DNA of 64,000 nt, from the NCBI GenBank assembly GCA_964647585.1, contig CAZYGG010000006.1, positions 25,831 through 89,830 on the forward strand. The letters run 5' to 3'. Source of the DNA: an uncultured Desulfobacterales bacterium. GTDB lineage: Bacteria > Desulfobacterota > Desulfobacteria > Desulfobacterales > CAJINA01. Below are positions 1-8,784 of this stretch, piece after piece. Numbering within the stretch: the stretch's first letter is position 1; each line of letters starts with the position of its first letter. A program made the translations under genes and the position numbers. The notes beneath the pieces were generated by a model. It saw nothing but the letters and a program-made list of their open reading frames with translations, had not been told where the DNA came from and made no database searches.

Positions 1-1
1 G

Positions 2-616
2 CTCTTCTGGGCCGTGGGTTGGGCCCTGGTGGCCATGGCAGGCGCCTATATCCTCAACCCGATGTGCCTGTGGATCTTCCTGGCCGGTTGCATCCTTGAA
101 ATCATCTATTGCCTGCTGGGCAGCGTGACCCCCCAGCGCGCCCTGGTCAACGGGGTTGTGAAAACCTGCGGTCCCCTGGCGGCCGTGTACGCGGTCACCC
201 CCAGCCCGCCACCCGTTTTTCTGCTGTGCCTGTTTTTGTGGATTTTCTTCTGGGAGATCGGCGGACAGAATATTCCCGCGGACTGGACGGACATAGAGGA
301 AGACCGGCGGTTCAATGCCAGGACTATTCCCACCAGCCTGGGGCTCCCGCGCGCTGGCCTGTTGAGTCTGGTCTGCCTGTTGATTGCCACGTTTCTGGCA
401 TTTGTCGTTTTCTGGGTCTCGCCCCTGACGTTCGGCCTTTTCTATCTTTTAGCGGCCCTGGGGATCAACCTCTACCTGTTACTGATCCCCGCCATGTACC
501 TGGCTGAAACGCGCCGGCGTGAAATGGCCATGGCCCTGTTCAACCGGGCCAGTTATTATCCGCTGGCATTTTTTGTCCTGGTGCTGGTGCGTATGGTGGA
601 ACAGGCACTTCACTAG
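2..616 (+). CDS. UbiA-family prenyltransferase, C-terminal part (5' end lies outside the window)
   Basis: The frame is open from the window edge. The sequence is very hydrophobic and multi-TM, with an Asp/Glu-rich block DWTDIEEDRR typical of the second UbiA motif. Confidence 0.6.
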   Translation, partial: LFWAVGWALVAMAGAYILNPMCLWIFLAGCILEIIYCLLGSVTPQRALVNGVVKTCGPLAAVYAVTPSPPPVFLLCLFLWIFFWEIGGQNIPADWTDIEEDRRFNARTIPTSLGLPRAGLLSLVCLLIATFLAFVVFWVSPLTFGLFYLLAALGINLYLLLIPAMYLAETRRREMAMALFNRASYYPLAFFVLVLVRMVEQALH

Positions 617-818
617 AAATATCCGGCACAGAGCTTCTTTCCAGTATCCCTATTTGAAAAACCTCTCAGCCCCAATATGTGGTGGCTGGCTTATAAGAAC
701 CAGGCTTTACAATAGTAACGATATTCTTGCTCCTTAGTACCCATTTATCAGTAGCGTACAGATGGTCGTTATGTTGCCAGTTTGGTTATGTTGCGGGTTT
801 TGCCCCATATAATTCCTT

Positions 819-962
819 TCAAGAAGTGTAACTTCTCCATATCATTACTTTCCCATCACCGGTATTGACAATGACAAACCCGCGGTCGAGCTGCGCATTT
901 TTTACCCTTTTGCGGTGTTTCGCCTGGCTCTTTTTCATTTCTTCTTTATGAGTATCTGGCAT
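819..962 (-). pseudogene. Remnant of cob(I)yrinic acid a,c-diamide adenosyltransferase (CobO/BtuR-like), N-terminal 47 codons only
   Basis: Hand translation gives MPDTHKEEMKKSQAKHRKRVKNAQLDRGFVIVNTGDGKVMIWRSYTS*. This matches the CobO N-terminus (...ERGIIIVFTGNGKGKT...) up to the P-loop and then breaks off. No continuation is visible in any frame. Confidence 0.4.
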
Positions 963-1018
963 ATTGATCCCATTAAACCTTATCGATGTTGTGTTCTGAG
1001 GTACCTATTTGAAAATAT

Positions 1019-1468
1019 CTATCCGGCTATCAGGATAATGCTGATAGCCGCCATCCCGATGCCCAGTACCTTTTTGGCATGAACAGCTTCACCCAAAAAT
1101 ACTATTCCAAGAATGGCACCGCCAATGACAAACATGCCGTAAATTGGAACAACAGTGCTTGCCGGACCGAGTGACAGTGCCCTGAATAGCGAACCAACAG
1201 CAACTGTAAGGGCTATACCGGCCGCATAGCTCCATAAGGCGCTGGTATTTGCAAAGTCTCTACTCGTTAGCCCTTGAAAGTCACCACGATATATCGCGAT
1301 ACTCACTGCTGCAATTGCTACGATTACGGTTGCTATGGCAAGCACAAGGAAGCTTGAGAATTCACCATTACGGGTAGCGAGTTTTACCAGCAAAGTGACT
1401 ACAGAATATCCCGCCATCCCAAGTAGAGCCCAATATATATAGTGCATCTTATTATTTTCCTCGTTCAT
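1019..1468 (-). CDS. Small EamA/DMT-like membrane protein (single EamA domain)
   Basis: 149 aa with 4-5 hydrophobic helices and a Gly-rich C-terminal helix as in EamA domains. Its start overlaps the stop of the upstream gene by 4 nt, so it is in the same operon. Confidence 0.6.
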   Translation of the reverse strand: MNEENNKMHYIYWALLGMAGYSVVTLLVKLATRNGEFSSFLVLAIATVIVAIAAVSIAIYRGDFQGLTSRDFANTSALWSYAAGIALTVAVGSLFRALSLGPASTVVPIYGMFVIGGAILGIVFLGEAVHAKKVLGIGMAAISIILIAG

Positions 1469-2562
1469 TTCAATTGAGCGTACGCCAGTTTGGTACCCTG
1501 GATGCGTGCTGTAATTTTCGAGAAGGCTGTATCGCGACTTGTTGCCACATCATCACTGAAAGGGGAGAAGCCGCAGTCATCCGTGGTGCCAAGTTGATCA
1601 AATGGAATATACTTGGCCGCTGACAAAACGCGGTCACGCACTGTATCAGTAGATTCAACCAGTTCGTTGGTGACATCGATTACCCCCACATATATCCGCT
1701 GGTTCGGGTGCAGGTTGTCTCCAACAATCCTCAATAGTCTCTCAGGGTCCTTTTCGCTGGCCATTTGTATATAAAAATTACCTGAATTCAGAGTCAGGAG
1801 CATGGGTATGAGCTCCCCGTAATCGACATCAGCGCTATGGGTCGAATCATGGTCCCCGCCCGGGCAGGTGTGAAAACCAATCCGCTGGCGTTCAGCTTCC
1901 GTAAAATGGGACAGAACCTGGTTGTTGAGATCAATGAATTGCTGCAATAGCTGCTTCGAAGGGTCAAGTTTGACGGCCAGGCGGCCTTCGGTGAAATCGA
2001 TCTGAACCTGATAGGCACCATTTTCAAAACAACTGCGGATATCCGCTACGGCTTCCTGGACGAGGTCGGCTATAAACTGTTCCCGGGAGTAATCAGGAAT
2101 CCCTTCCTCAGGATAGAGCAAACTCATCGCCGAAGCCGAGATAACGGCCTGCTTTAACGGACGAGTGGCAAATTTTTTAGCACGCGGTAAGTAGGCGCCG
2201 GCGTAGGTGGCATATTTGAACGGTCCTTTAGTCAAACGGGGCAACTGGCGGGTATGCCCATCCTCGAAAGGAATAATGACACCATCCGGTGCAGTGTTAT
2301 CCAAACCCTCCAGGGGGTATGTGGCAAAGCTGGGTTTCGTCTGTTCCCCGTCACTGACCACAGGCGAACCGGTTGCTTCAAATCTTGCTATGGTATCATT
2401 GACGGCCTTATCAAACAGGCGGTCCAACTCCACCGTCGTCATATCACCATTTGAATGAGACACCAGTGCGTCCTGTAACTCGCGAGGACGCGGTATGCTG
2501 CCTACCGGTTCAGTGGGAATCCCAGGCAAAGCGTGGCTGTTTTTATTATCTGGACTACTCAT
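1465..2562 (-). CDS. Cobalamin-independent methionine synthase (MetE C-terminal / Meth_synt_2) family protein
   Basis: 365 aa. It shows VGSIPRP near the N-terminus, HTCPGG and a C-terminal DDCGFSP, which are typical metal-ligand blocks of the MetE-like family. Confidence 0.7.
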   Translation of the reverse strand: MSSPDNKNSHALPGIPTEPVGSIPRPRELQDALVSHSNGDMTTVELDRLFDKAVNDTIARFEATGSPVVSDGEQTKPSFATYPLEGLDNTAPDGVIIPFEDGHTRQLPRLTKGPFKYATYAGAYLPRAKKFATRPLKQAVISASAMSLLYPEEGIPDYSREQFIADLVQEAVADIRSCFENGAYQVQIDFTEGRLAVKLDPSKQLLQQFIDLNNQVLSHFTEAERQRIGFHTCPGGDHDSTHSADVDYGELIPMLLTLNSGNFYIQMASEKDPERLLRIVGDNLHPNQRIYVGVIDVTNELVESTDTVRDRVLSAAKYIPFDQLGTTDDCGFSPFSDDVATSRDTAFSKITARIQGTKLAYAQLK

Positions 2563-2647
2563 ATATCAACCCTGCGATATTCAGTTAATTGAGTTCTGTA
2601 TTTTTCGGTATCCTTAAACCCACAGGAATTACTCTCGGGGCAAAACC

Positions 2648-3538
2648 CTACTCGCTTACCATTTCATCTATCAATTCCCGGACGGCAGGTACGCTCGAAA
2701 TCAAACCGGAAACCTCTCCAGCCGGTAATACGCCCGCCTCAAGGTCTCCTTTGAGCCAGGACGCTTCAACTGCCTCATTCGTGAAAACCTGATCTTTATT
2801 TTCCGTTCCCTGGATCAGGCCTTCAGCCAGTTTTGTCTGCAGCGCCCTGATACGGAATCGTCCCAGATCTATAAGACTGGTCCCCGTTTCGAGTGATTCA
2901 ACGATCGTGTTCTTAAAATTATTGTGGGCGATACACTCCTTGGTGGCAATAAACCGCGTCCCAATCTGTACACCCTGAGCGCCCAGAGCGAAGGCGGCTT
3001 TGTATCCACGCGAATCGCCGATTCCTCCGGCTGCGATAACCGGTATCTTTACCCGATCGGCAACCGCCGGGACCAGAACCAGGGTAGAAGCCCCTTTGAA
3101 TCCCTGCATCTCACCCGACTCAGACCCTTCGGCCACAATTGCATCGGCTCCAAGCGCTTCGGCTTTTTGGGCAACGTCAGCCGTAGGGACGACAACCAGC
3201 GCTTTCATGTTCTTTTCATGGAGCATCGGGACGATCTTCTTGGGTGAACCGCCTGAGACGGTGACAGCTCGGACCCCTTCACCGGCTAAAATCTCGATTA
3301 TATCCGGTACCAGTGGATTCATTGCAAAAATGTTTGCACCGAAAGGTTTGCCGGTCAGCTTTTTGGTTTCCTGGATCTGGCCGCGCAACACATCCACATT
3401 CTGTAAAAATGCTGTAGCCAGCAGACCGTATCCACCCGCCTCGGAGACAGCCGCCACCAGCTTCGGGTTACAGATAACACCCATGGCACCGAGAATAACT
3501 GGGTGCTGACAACCTAAGATTTTTGTCACTGGATTCAT
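2648..3538 (-). CDS. Nitronate monooxygenase / FabK-like FMN oxidoreductase (NMO family)
   Basis: ILGAMGVI, GADAIVAEGSESGE, IPVIAAGGIGD and GAQGVQIGTRF are classic NMO TIM-barrel motifs. Confidence 0.8.
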   Translation of the reverse strand: MNPVTKILGCQHPVILGAMGVICNPKLVAAVSEAGGYGLLATAFLQNVDVLRGQIQETKKLTGKPFGANIFAMNPLVPDIIEILAGEGVRAVTVSGGSPKKIVPMLHEKNMKALVVVPTADVAQKAEALGADAIVAEGSESGEMQGFKGASTLVLVPAVADRVKIPVIAAGGIGDSRGYKAAFALGAQGVQIGTRFIATKECIAHNNFKNTIVESLETGTSLIDLGRFRIRALQTKLAEGLIQGTENKDQVFTNEAVEASWLKGDLEAGVLPAGEVSGLISSVPAVRELIDEMVSE

Positions 3539-3733
3539 CGGAAGTCCTCCTTATGTTCGTGCGGATTTACAAAAAAATGGGTAATGGATATTCAGGCTTC
3601 ATCTCATCCCTAAATATCAGGGCTCCTGGCCCCAGATATAATCAAATACAGCAAGTTCAGCAATGGGGTGGTTGCTTAACGATATGTATTTTGCACGGAG
3701 GTCAGGAGCCCTGTATACACAGTGGACTTAAAA

Positions 3734-4249
3734 TTACGCCAGGACCTCTCTTGCACACGCTTTGGCGGCGGCCACATCTTCTTCGTTGGGACGCCCGGTC
3801 ATCGCTTTGACCATATCCGCCCACTGGTCGTCAGGCATACCCAGCTTCTTTTGTACGGCGGCGTGCATGGCCTCTGCTAAATACCCCTGGCAGTCAAAAC
3901 AGCCCACGTATTCAATCCCTTTTGCCTGGCAGGCTGTTTTTATCGGGTCTGCAAATGCTTCCATGTCCTGTTCCGGGTAGGCCGGGGCCATGTGGGTGAT
4001 GAAGCCGGCCATTTTCTGGCCAGTGCTTTCCTGAATTACACCTAAACACTCCTTTACCGGCGCTGCCAGGCTGCCGGAGTGCAGGGGGGAGCCGATGAAA
4101 ACGACATCGTACCCCGCCACACCTTCGGGCGTGATATCCTCAAGCTTTTTACAATCTGCTTCATTCGCCTGGGATGCTTCCTCGTAAATGGCCTTTGCAA
4201 TTTTTTCCGTGTTTCCGCTCTGACTGTAATACGTTACCAATACTTTCAT
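3734..4249 (-). CDS. Flavodoxin-family protein
   Basis: The N-terminus MKVLVTYYSQSGNTEKIAKAI is the flavodoxin FMN phosphate-binding loop. Length is 171 aa. Confidence 0.8.
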   Translation of the reverse strand: MKVLVTYYSQSGNTEKIAKAIYEEASQANEADCKKLEDITPEGVAGYDVVFIGSPLHSGSLAAPVKECLGVIQESTGQKMAGFITHMAPAYPEQDMEAFADPIKTACQAKGIEYVGCFDCQGYLAEAMHAAVQKKLGMPDDQWADMVKAMTGRPNEEDVAAAKACAREVLA

Positions 4250-4315
4250 GATGTTTCCTCCTTGAATTAAGTTACGTTCAATACCAAATGTTTATAATGG
4301 TAAATGATATGATAC

Positions 4316-4987
4316 CTATCCCTGTATTTCGATTACTTCCTGAACCAATTCAACTAAACTTGTTTTATTAATATCCGGCTGAAGGTAGTATGGGTTGAAT
4401 ATTTCCTCTTTACGTTTAATATAGGCTGTTTTAAGGCCGGCTTTTTTGGCACCGAACAGATCCCAGTCGTGAGTAGCAACCATAACAACCTCAGCCGGTG
4501 ATAGATTTTCTTCTCGCGCTACATGCAGGTAGATATCTTTAAACGGTTTATATTTTTTTACGGAATCTACTGAGTAGTAGGCGTGGAACAGATCGATGAT
4601 ACCTGAATTGGTAAGCTGCTCTTTTATCATTTCCAATGACGAGTTTGATACGGCGATCGTTCTGGTGTTATTGTGCCTGAGGATTTTGAGTGCTTCAGCA
4701 ACATCATCGTATGCAGGCATTTTCCTGAAAGAGCCCAGGATTTCGGCTTTAGTTTCTTCCGATAATTGTTTGCCGCTTTCATAAAATATGTTTTCCAGGA
4801 CAACCCCTGCCAGTTCACCAAAGTTTTTATATTCATCCATAATGCCGGTTACCGTTGATGTATGCAGCAATTTGGTAAACCAGTACTTCATGGCATGACC
4901 GTCGCCAAAACTATTTTGGAAACTCTTTTTAAGGGCACCCAGGTCAAGCAGCGTTTCGTTCATGTCAAAGAAAACGGCTTTTATCAT
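4316..4987 (-). CDS. HAD-superfamily hydrolase, type II 2-haloacid dehalogenase-like
   Basis: Contains FFDMNETLLD (DxxxT-type motif I), SNS, KPFKDIY and HDWDLFGAKKAG (motif IV). Confidence 0.8.
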   Translation of the reverse strand: MIKAVFFDMNETLLDLGALKKSFQNSFGDGHAMKYWFTKLLHTSTVTGIMDEYKNFGELAGVVLENIFYESGKQLSEETKAEILGSFRKMPAYDDVAEALKILRHNNTRTIAVSNSSLEMIKEQLTNSGIIDLFHAYYSVDSVKKYKPFKDIYLHVAREENLSPAEVVMVATHDWDLFGAKKAGLKTAYIKRKEEIFNPYYLQPDINKTSLVELVQEVIEIQG

Positions 4988-5029
4988 TTTAGTTCTCCTT
5001 TTAATTAAAGGCTCTTACTGCATGTGCTA

Positions 5030-5668
5030 TCATTCAGCTATCTTGCCGGCAATCTCCCGTCCCAATGCTTTAGCTTGCTCCCAGGTTTCCGACTGGTCCT
5101 CAACCCGGGCGTATCCAATTTCGGAACATTTTGCGTCCGGGCCATAATACTTCTGGACACCACTCGCTTCACACTCATCACCGTTTTCACAAAACACACA
5201 GGGCACGGTCCCCTGGATGGTCAATTGCCCCATAAGCTCCATGCGCTCAACGGCCCTCATCTCGTATGCCAGGGAGGCATTAACGGCCTTCAACACTACG
5301 GGATTCAGGCCCGACAAAACAGTAGCGCACAATTTGCCTTCAAGCAGGTTGTTTTGATGATGAAAAGACCAGAATCGCTCAAGAAGAGCCTTGGTAAATC
5401 CGTCGATCTGGCTGTAAGGGGTATAGGCTCCGATAATCAATGCGGAGGCGCTTTTGATTTTTTTGGCCAGTTCCTGGAAATCGTCCTTCGCTTTGCAGAT
5501 GTTGTCCGGAGCGCATTTTTTACAAGCAAAACATGGCCTGACATTGATTCGACTGAGTTTTACAAATTCCGTTTCCAGCCCGCTGGATTCTAAAGTGACT
5601 TTAATTAGTCGATCGGTATTACTGTTTTTAATTGGGCTACCCGAAATTCCGATTAGTTGAGGTTGCAT
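5030..5668 (-). CDS. Iron-sulfur flavoprotein (Isf-like NADPH-dependent FMN reductase fold)
   Basis: Contains GISGSPIKNSNT plus the compact Cys cluster CFACKKCAPDNIC characteristic of Isf-type proteins. Confidence 0.75.
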   Translation of the reverse strand: MQPQLIGISGSPIKNSNTDRLIKVTLESSGLETEFVKLSRINVRPCFACKKCAPDNICKAKDDFQELAKKIKSASALIIGAYTPYSQIDGFTKALLERFWSFHHQNNLLEGKLCATVLSGLNPVVLKAVNASLAYEMRAVERMELMGQLTIQGTVPCVFCENGDECEASGVQKYYGPDAKCSEIGYARVEDQSETWEQAKALGREIAGKIAE

Positions 5669-5712
5669 GATTTTCGTTCATCTCCTCTCTCCGGGGTTGT
5701 TGATCCCCTGGT

Positions 5713-6012
5713 CTATAGGACCTTGTGGCAAAGTTTATTGCTACACTGCCAAATTGAATGATCGATATACCCGAATTCGGAAAAAGCACTGGCCAATTGC
5801 AGGCCCAGTCCGCTTTTGTCGTTCGAAGGCACCGCACCGTTCCAGTTGATCAGGATGCTCAGTTCGTTCTCAAGGTTCGGGCTTTTAAGCAATTCGATTT
5901 CCCGAAGGCTCTCATCCGGTGACGGTGCAGAAAGTTGTTCAAAAGCCCTCTCGGCACTGTCCCTGTCCCGGCCGGTGAACGATTTAAGTTGTATGATCTC
6001 TATCCAGTTCAT
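5713..6012 (-). CDS. Conserved 99-aa hypothetical protein, paralog of 12574..12873
   Basis: The start at MNWIEIIQL is preceded by GAGGTGAAA. It is about 78% identical to the second copy, with mostly conservative replacements. I do not recognise the family. Confidence 0.6.
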   Translation of the reverse strand: MNWIEIIQLKSFTGRDRDSAERAFEQLSAPSPDESLREIELLKSPNLENELSILINWNGAVPSNDKSGLGLQLASAFSEFGYIDHSIWQCSNKLCHKVL

Positions 6013-6060
6013 TTTCACCTCATTATGTTTTCGATCAATCATGGCAGTCACCTCTGTGAC

Positions 6061-6423
6061 TTATAGGCTCTTTATAAGGGATGCCTGCAACACCAGGGGT
6101 TCATCTCCAACCGGTTTTACCGAATGCTCCAGGCCACTCTTGGTATTTATGACATCACCCGGATTAATTTCGTACGCCTGTCCTTCAGTCGTGTGAAGCC
6201 CCTTACCGGACAAAACCACATAAAGTTCCTCCGCACCCTTATGCACATGCTCACCGACAGAAGCATCTGCGGGTATTGTCATCCGCATACTGGACAGCAC
6301 TCTACTGCCTTCTTGTGTAGGGACTCCCCCAAAACCGATTGCAGCCCGAAGTTCGATTGTTCCTTCACCTTTATAAAAATGATCTTTCTTCATAACCTTT
6401 TGTTCGTCTACAGTGATGTGCAT
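6061..6423 (-). CDS. Cupin-domain protein
   Basis: 120 aa with GEHVHKGAEELYVVLSG ... GDVINTKSGLEHSV, the two cupin motifs with His ligands. Confidence 0.75.
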   Translation of the reverse strand: MHITVDEQKVMKKDHFYKGEGTIELRAAIGFGGVPTQEGSRVLSSMRMTIPADASVGEHVHKGAEELYVVLSGKGLHTTEGQAYEINPGDVINTKSGLEHSVKPVGDEPLVLQASLIKSL

Positions 6424-6491
6424 GACTATCCTCCAGTTAATTTACGATTAATAATAGAACGCTGTATTTGAAAACTGTCTTTATAAAGCGG

Positions 6492-7010
6492 TTACCAGGC
6501 CTCACGTTCCAGGCGCTGGTATAAAAATGCCTTTTCACTTTCCGTTATGTCGTCGGCATTGTCATTGACCCATCGCACATCACCCGATGCGATGGCGGCT
6601 TTGGCTTCACTGGAAAGCTTGAATTGTGACAATGCTGCAGAACCGTTCTCAAGGAGTTCGAGCCGAAAGTCCGGATTATCGATGGCCTTCTTCAACACCT
6701 TTTTGACGATCTGGCCCTGGTCAGCATTTGTATCCGTAGAGGCGTTCTCTTCAATTGCTGAAGTGACAGTTTCTTCGACATGGGCCGTCACTTCATTATC
6801 GAAGATCGTTCTAACCTGATCGCTCGACACAGGATGTTTATAAAATTCAGGGACAAAAAGAACACCTAGGACAGAGCTTATTTCATCGACGTTACTGCCG
6901 GCTTCAACATGGGCGATGTCCTTCTTAATTCCAAGTTTATCTAAATTCAGGTGCAACCCGGGATTAAACCGAGTAGAAGCAGTATCGCTATATTCTTTTA
7001 TTTTAATCAT
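6492..7010 (-). CDS. Hypothetical protein with LigA / NHLP-like C-terminal helical domain
   Basis: The C-terminus AIDNPDFRLELLENGSAALSQFKLSSEAKAAIASGD resembles the LigA-subunit/NHLP-leader helical repeat. I chose the start at MIKIKEY (GGAG 6 nt upstream). Upstream in-frame starts fall at or before the predicted sigma-54 transcription start. Confidence 0.5.
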   Translation of the reverse strand: MIKIKEYSDTASTRFNPGLHLNLDKLGIKKDIAHVEAGSNVDEISSVLGVLFVPEFYKHPVSSDQVRTIFDNEVTAHVEETVTSAIEENASTDTNADQGQIVKKVLKKAIDNPDFRLELLENGSAALSQFKLSSEAKAAIASGDVRWVNDNADDITESEKAFLYQRLEREAW

Positions 7011-7080
7011 GGTCATCTCCTCTATTTTGAGATTGTCAGAGCTATGTCTCATTTTTTTATTCATCATAACAATCACTACA

Positions 7081-7096
7081 GCGAATTGCGTGCCAA
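7081..7096 (-). promoter_or_regulatory. Sigma-54 (-24/-12) promoter of operon A
   Basis: The minus strand reads TTGGCACGCAATTCGC, with GG and GC exactly 12 nt apart (consensus TGGCAC-N5-TTGC). It lies about 60 nt upstream of the first ATG. Confidence 0.7.
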
Positions 7097-7146
7097 GTTA
7101 ATAAAAATAGATATATCAATGTGTTGGGAAAACCAGGGGTTGAATT

Positions 7147-7184
7147 CTGATAAATTTGAAAGTTTTGTCTGTTGTATTTGTCAG
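7147..7184. promoter_or_regulatory. Palindromic upstream activator site (CTGATAAAT-N20-ATTTGTCAG), copy A
   Basis: This is an inverted repeat centred about 70 bp upstream of the -24 element. A near-identical site sits at 12982..13019. Confidence 0.6.
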
Positions 7185-7445
7185 CAGGGTGGTGTCGCTT
7201 ACATATTTAACAGTTATTTTTTCCGCTGAGGGTAGTGGCGACCAGTGCGGTCACCTATGAGATGCAAACATCGATGCCTGCTCTGGAAATGGGGCAAATA
7301 CACAATGTCCGAGATTAAAATGATTTATGGTGGGTACGTCACACCCGAATCGGTTGGAATAAACACGTCTAAAGATCAGTATGAGGCAGTTCTCCAAGCC
7401 TATAGGCTTGGAGAAAAGAGGGCACTTATTTTGTATAAAACTGAT

Positions 7446-7835
7446 TTAAATGTGGGCAATACATTTTATTTCAATCTTCAATTCGGGAAGTATCAAAGCA
7501 GCAACCTGCACTAATGTTTGACTAACTTCCGGCAAGCCGCCATAGGCTTCGGCTCGTGATTCAAATATTGTTTCAGCGTTAGCCAAAATTTCGTTTACAT
7601 CAGTTACGAACCAGGTTTCGTCTACAACATTTTTCATTGTTGCGCCAAATTCGGAAAGGACCTTTCGAATGTTCGCATAAGCGAGCTTGGCCTGTTCCGT
7701 TACGTCGGCTCCAGGGTTGCCTGCCTCGTCGATGCCCACCTGGCCGGCAAGATATATAATGTTGTCAGTCTGTACACCTTGCGCGAAGATACTTTTGTAT
7801 GGGCCGGTACGATACGATTTTTTTTCGATACTCAT
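7446..7835 (-). CDS. ridA: RidA/YjgF/TdcF-family reactive intermediate (enamine/imine) deaminase
   Basis: 129 aa with YLAGQVGID and a C-terminal ...ELKIEIKCIAHI. AGGAGA RBS precedes the start. Confidence 0.85.
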   Translation of the reverse strand: MSIEKKSYRTGPYKSIFAQGVQTDNIIYLAGQVGIDEAGNPGADVTEQAKLAYANIRKVLSEFGATMKNVVDETWFVTDVNEILANAETIFESRAEAYGGLPEVSQTLVQVAALILPELKIEIKCIAHI

Positions 7836-7871
7836 AGTATTGTCTCCTATCAGGGTTTGGACTGCGATTTA

Positions 7872-8675
7872 CTAACCATGCGTTGCCGTCAACTTTTTAA
7901 ACATATTGGCCAACCCTGTAGTGAGGCCATAAATGTTTTCAATTGGCAGGTTTTTGTCAGCCGTGGTATCGAAAAAAAGATTCAAATCCGATTCCAGACC
8001 GTCCTCGGGATTATTGTAGCAGATGAGTATGGGCAAACGCGGCAGCGGTTTGATGATCAGGGCGATATCTGCGGCATAATGATTTTGGACCTGTTCCCCG
8101 TTGAAAAGCTCAATGATATTTTCAAAAAAATTGGGACTTGAGTCTGCAACTTTTTTAAGAAGTTTAACGGATTGATGTTCAAAAAAACGGGACCAATCCT
8201 TGGCAGTCTCAAGTTCCCGGAACGGTACCCAGGTTTCAGTCAGTGCCAGGCCTTTGCATGACAGAATATAATTGAACACAGGGGGTGTAATCCAGCGATT
8301 CACATGAATATCGGTAGAAACCTCACCATTTGCGTCAACGCTGAAATCTTTCCCCATGATTTTCAAGGTAAGTCGGCCCTTTGAAAATTTTCCGCCCAGC
8401 ACACCAGCTCTGGACTCAAGGTCTGTCTGCTTTATATTTTCTTTTAATTGGTTTATTGCTTTGAGATAATCCTGCTCGAACGGAGATTCTTTTTTTTCGT
8501 TTTTATCACCGTAGGTGTTAAGGGTGTCTTGATCAATATACGGGCATTCGCTTAAAGAAACCTGGCCCTGAAATACCGCTGCGGCAAATGCAAGGCAAGT
8601 CGGCTTGTTGCATTTGCGGCAATTTGTTTTTGGCAATAATTTGAATACATCCATGGCGTTGTTGAATTTTGCCAT
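7872..8675 (-). CDS. DUF3786-like protein with N-terminal CFeSP-gamma-type Fe-S domain
   Basis: The N-terminus NAMDVFKLLPKTNCRKCNKPTCLAFAAAVFQG...CPY matches the 'putative Fe-S cluster' domain of the CODH/ACS gamma subunit. I chose the start at MAKFNN; the ORF could extend to 8720. Confidence 0.65.
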   Translation of the reverse strand: MAKFNNAMDVFKLLPKTNCRKCNKPTCLAFAAAVFQGQVSLSECPYIDQDTLNTYGDKNEKKESPFEQDYLKAINQLKENIKQTDLESRAGVLGGKFSKGRLTLKIMGKDFSVDANGEVSTDIHVNRWITPPVFNYILSCKGLALTETWVPFRELETAKDWSRFFEHQSVKLLKKVADSSPNFFENIIELFNGEQVQNHYAADIALIIKPLPRLPILICYNNPEDGLESDLNLFFDTTADKNLPIENIYGLTTGLANMFKKLTATHG

Positions 8676-8784
8676 ATCACTAAGGTCCTTTTTTTTATTA
8701 ACTCCCCTTTCGGGTTTCATGAAAGCTTAGGTTAAATATCGGTATCGGCTGAAACCCGAAAGCAGAGTCCCAAACCTATAAGAT

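Noticed and set aside
617-1018. Searched around the cobO remnant for a cobalamin riboswitch (B12 box).
   Set aside because: No B12-box-like GCCACTG core or surrounding conserved helices were seen.
5637-5837. An alternative-frame ORF (MRCLRTTKADWACNWPV...) that resembles the N-terminal extension of ORF 11979..12698 (MMCLPTAKADWACSWPV...), which suggested a conserved overlapping gene.
   Set aside because: The similarity simply follows the ~80% nucleotide identity of the duplicated 99-aa gene. Both run across an intergenic gap and an RBS into the next gene. The annotated frame shows conservative substitutions, whereas this frame does not start at a sensible site.
7245-7514. An 89-aa plus-strand ORF in the gap between operon A's enhancer and the end of ridA. 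It is positioned like the activator gene in copy B.
   Set aside because: It has no similarity to the activator or any family I recognise and no clear RBS, and its last 69 nt overlap ridA convergently. It is possibly a short real gene (MSEIKMIYGGYV...), but I cannot support it.
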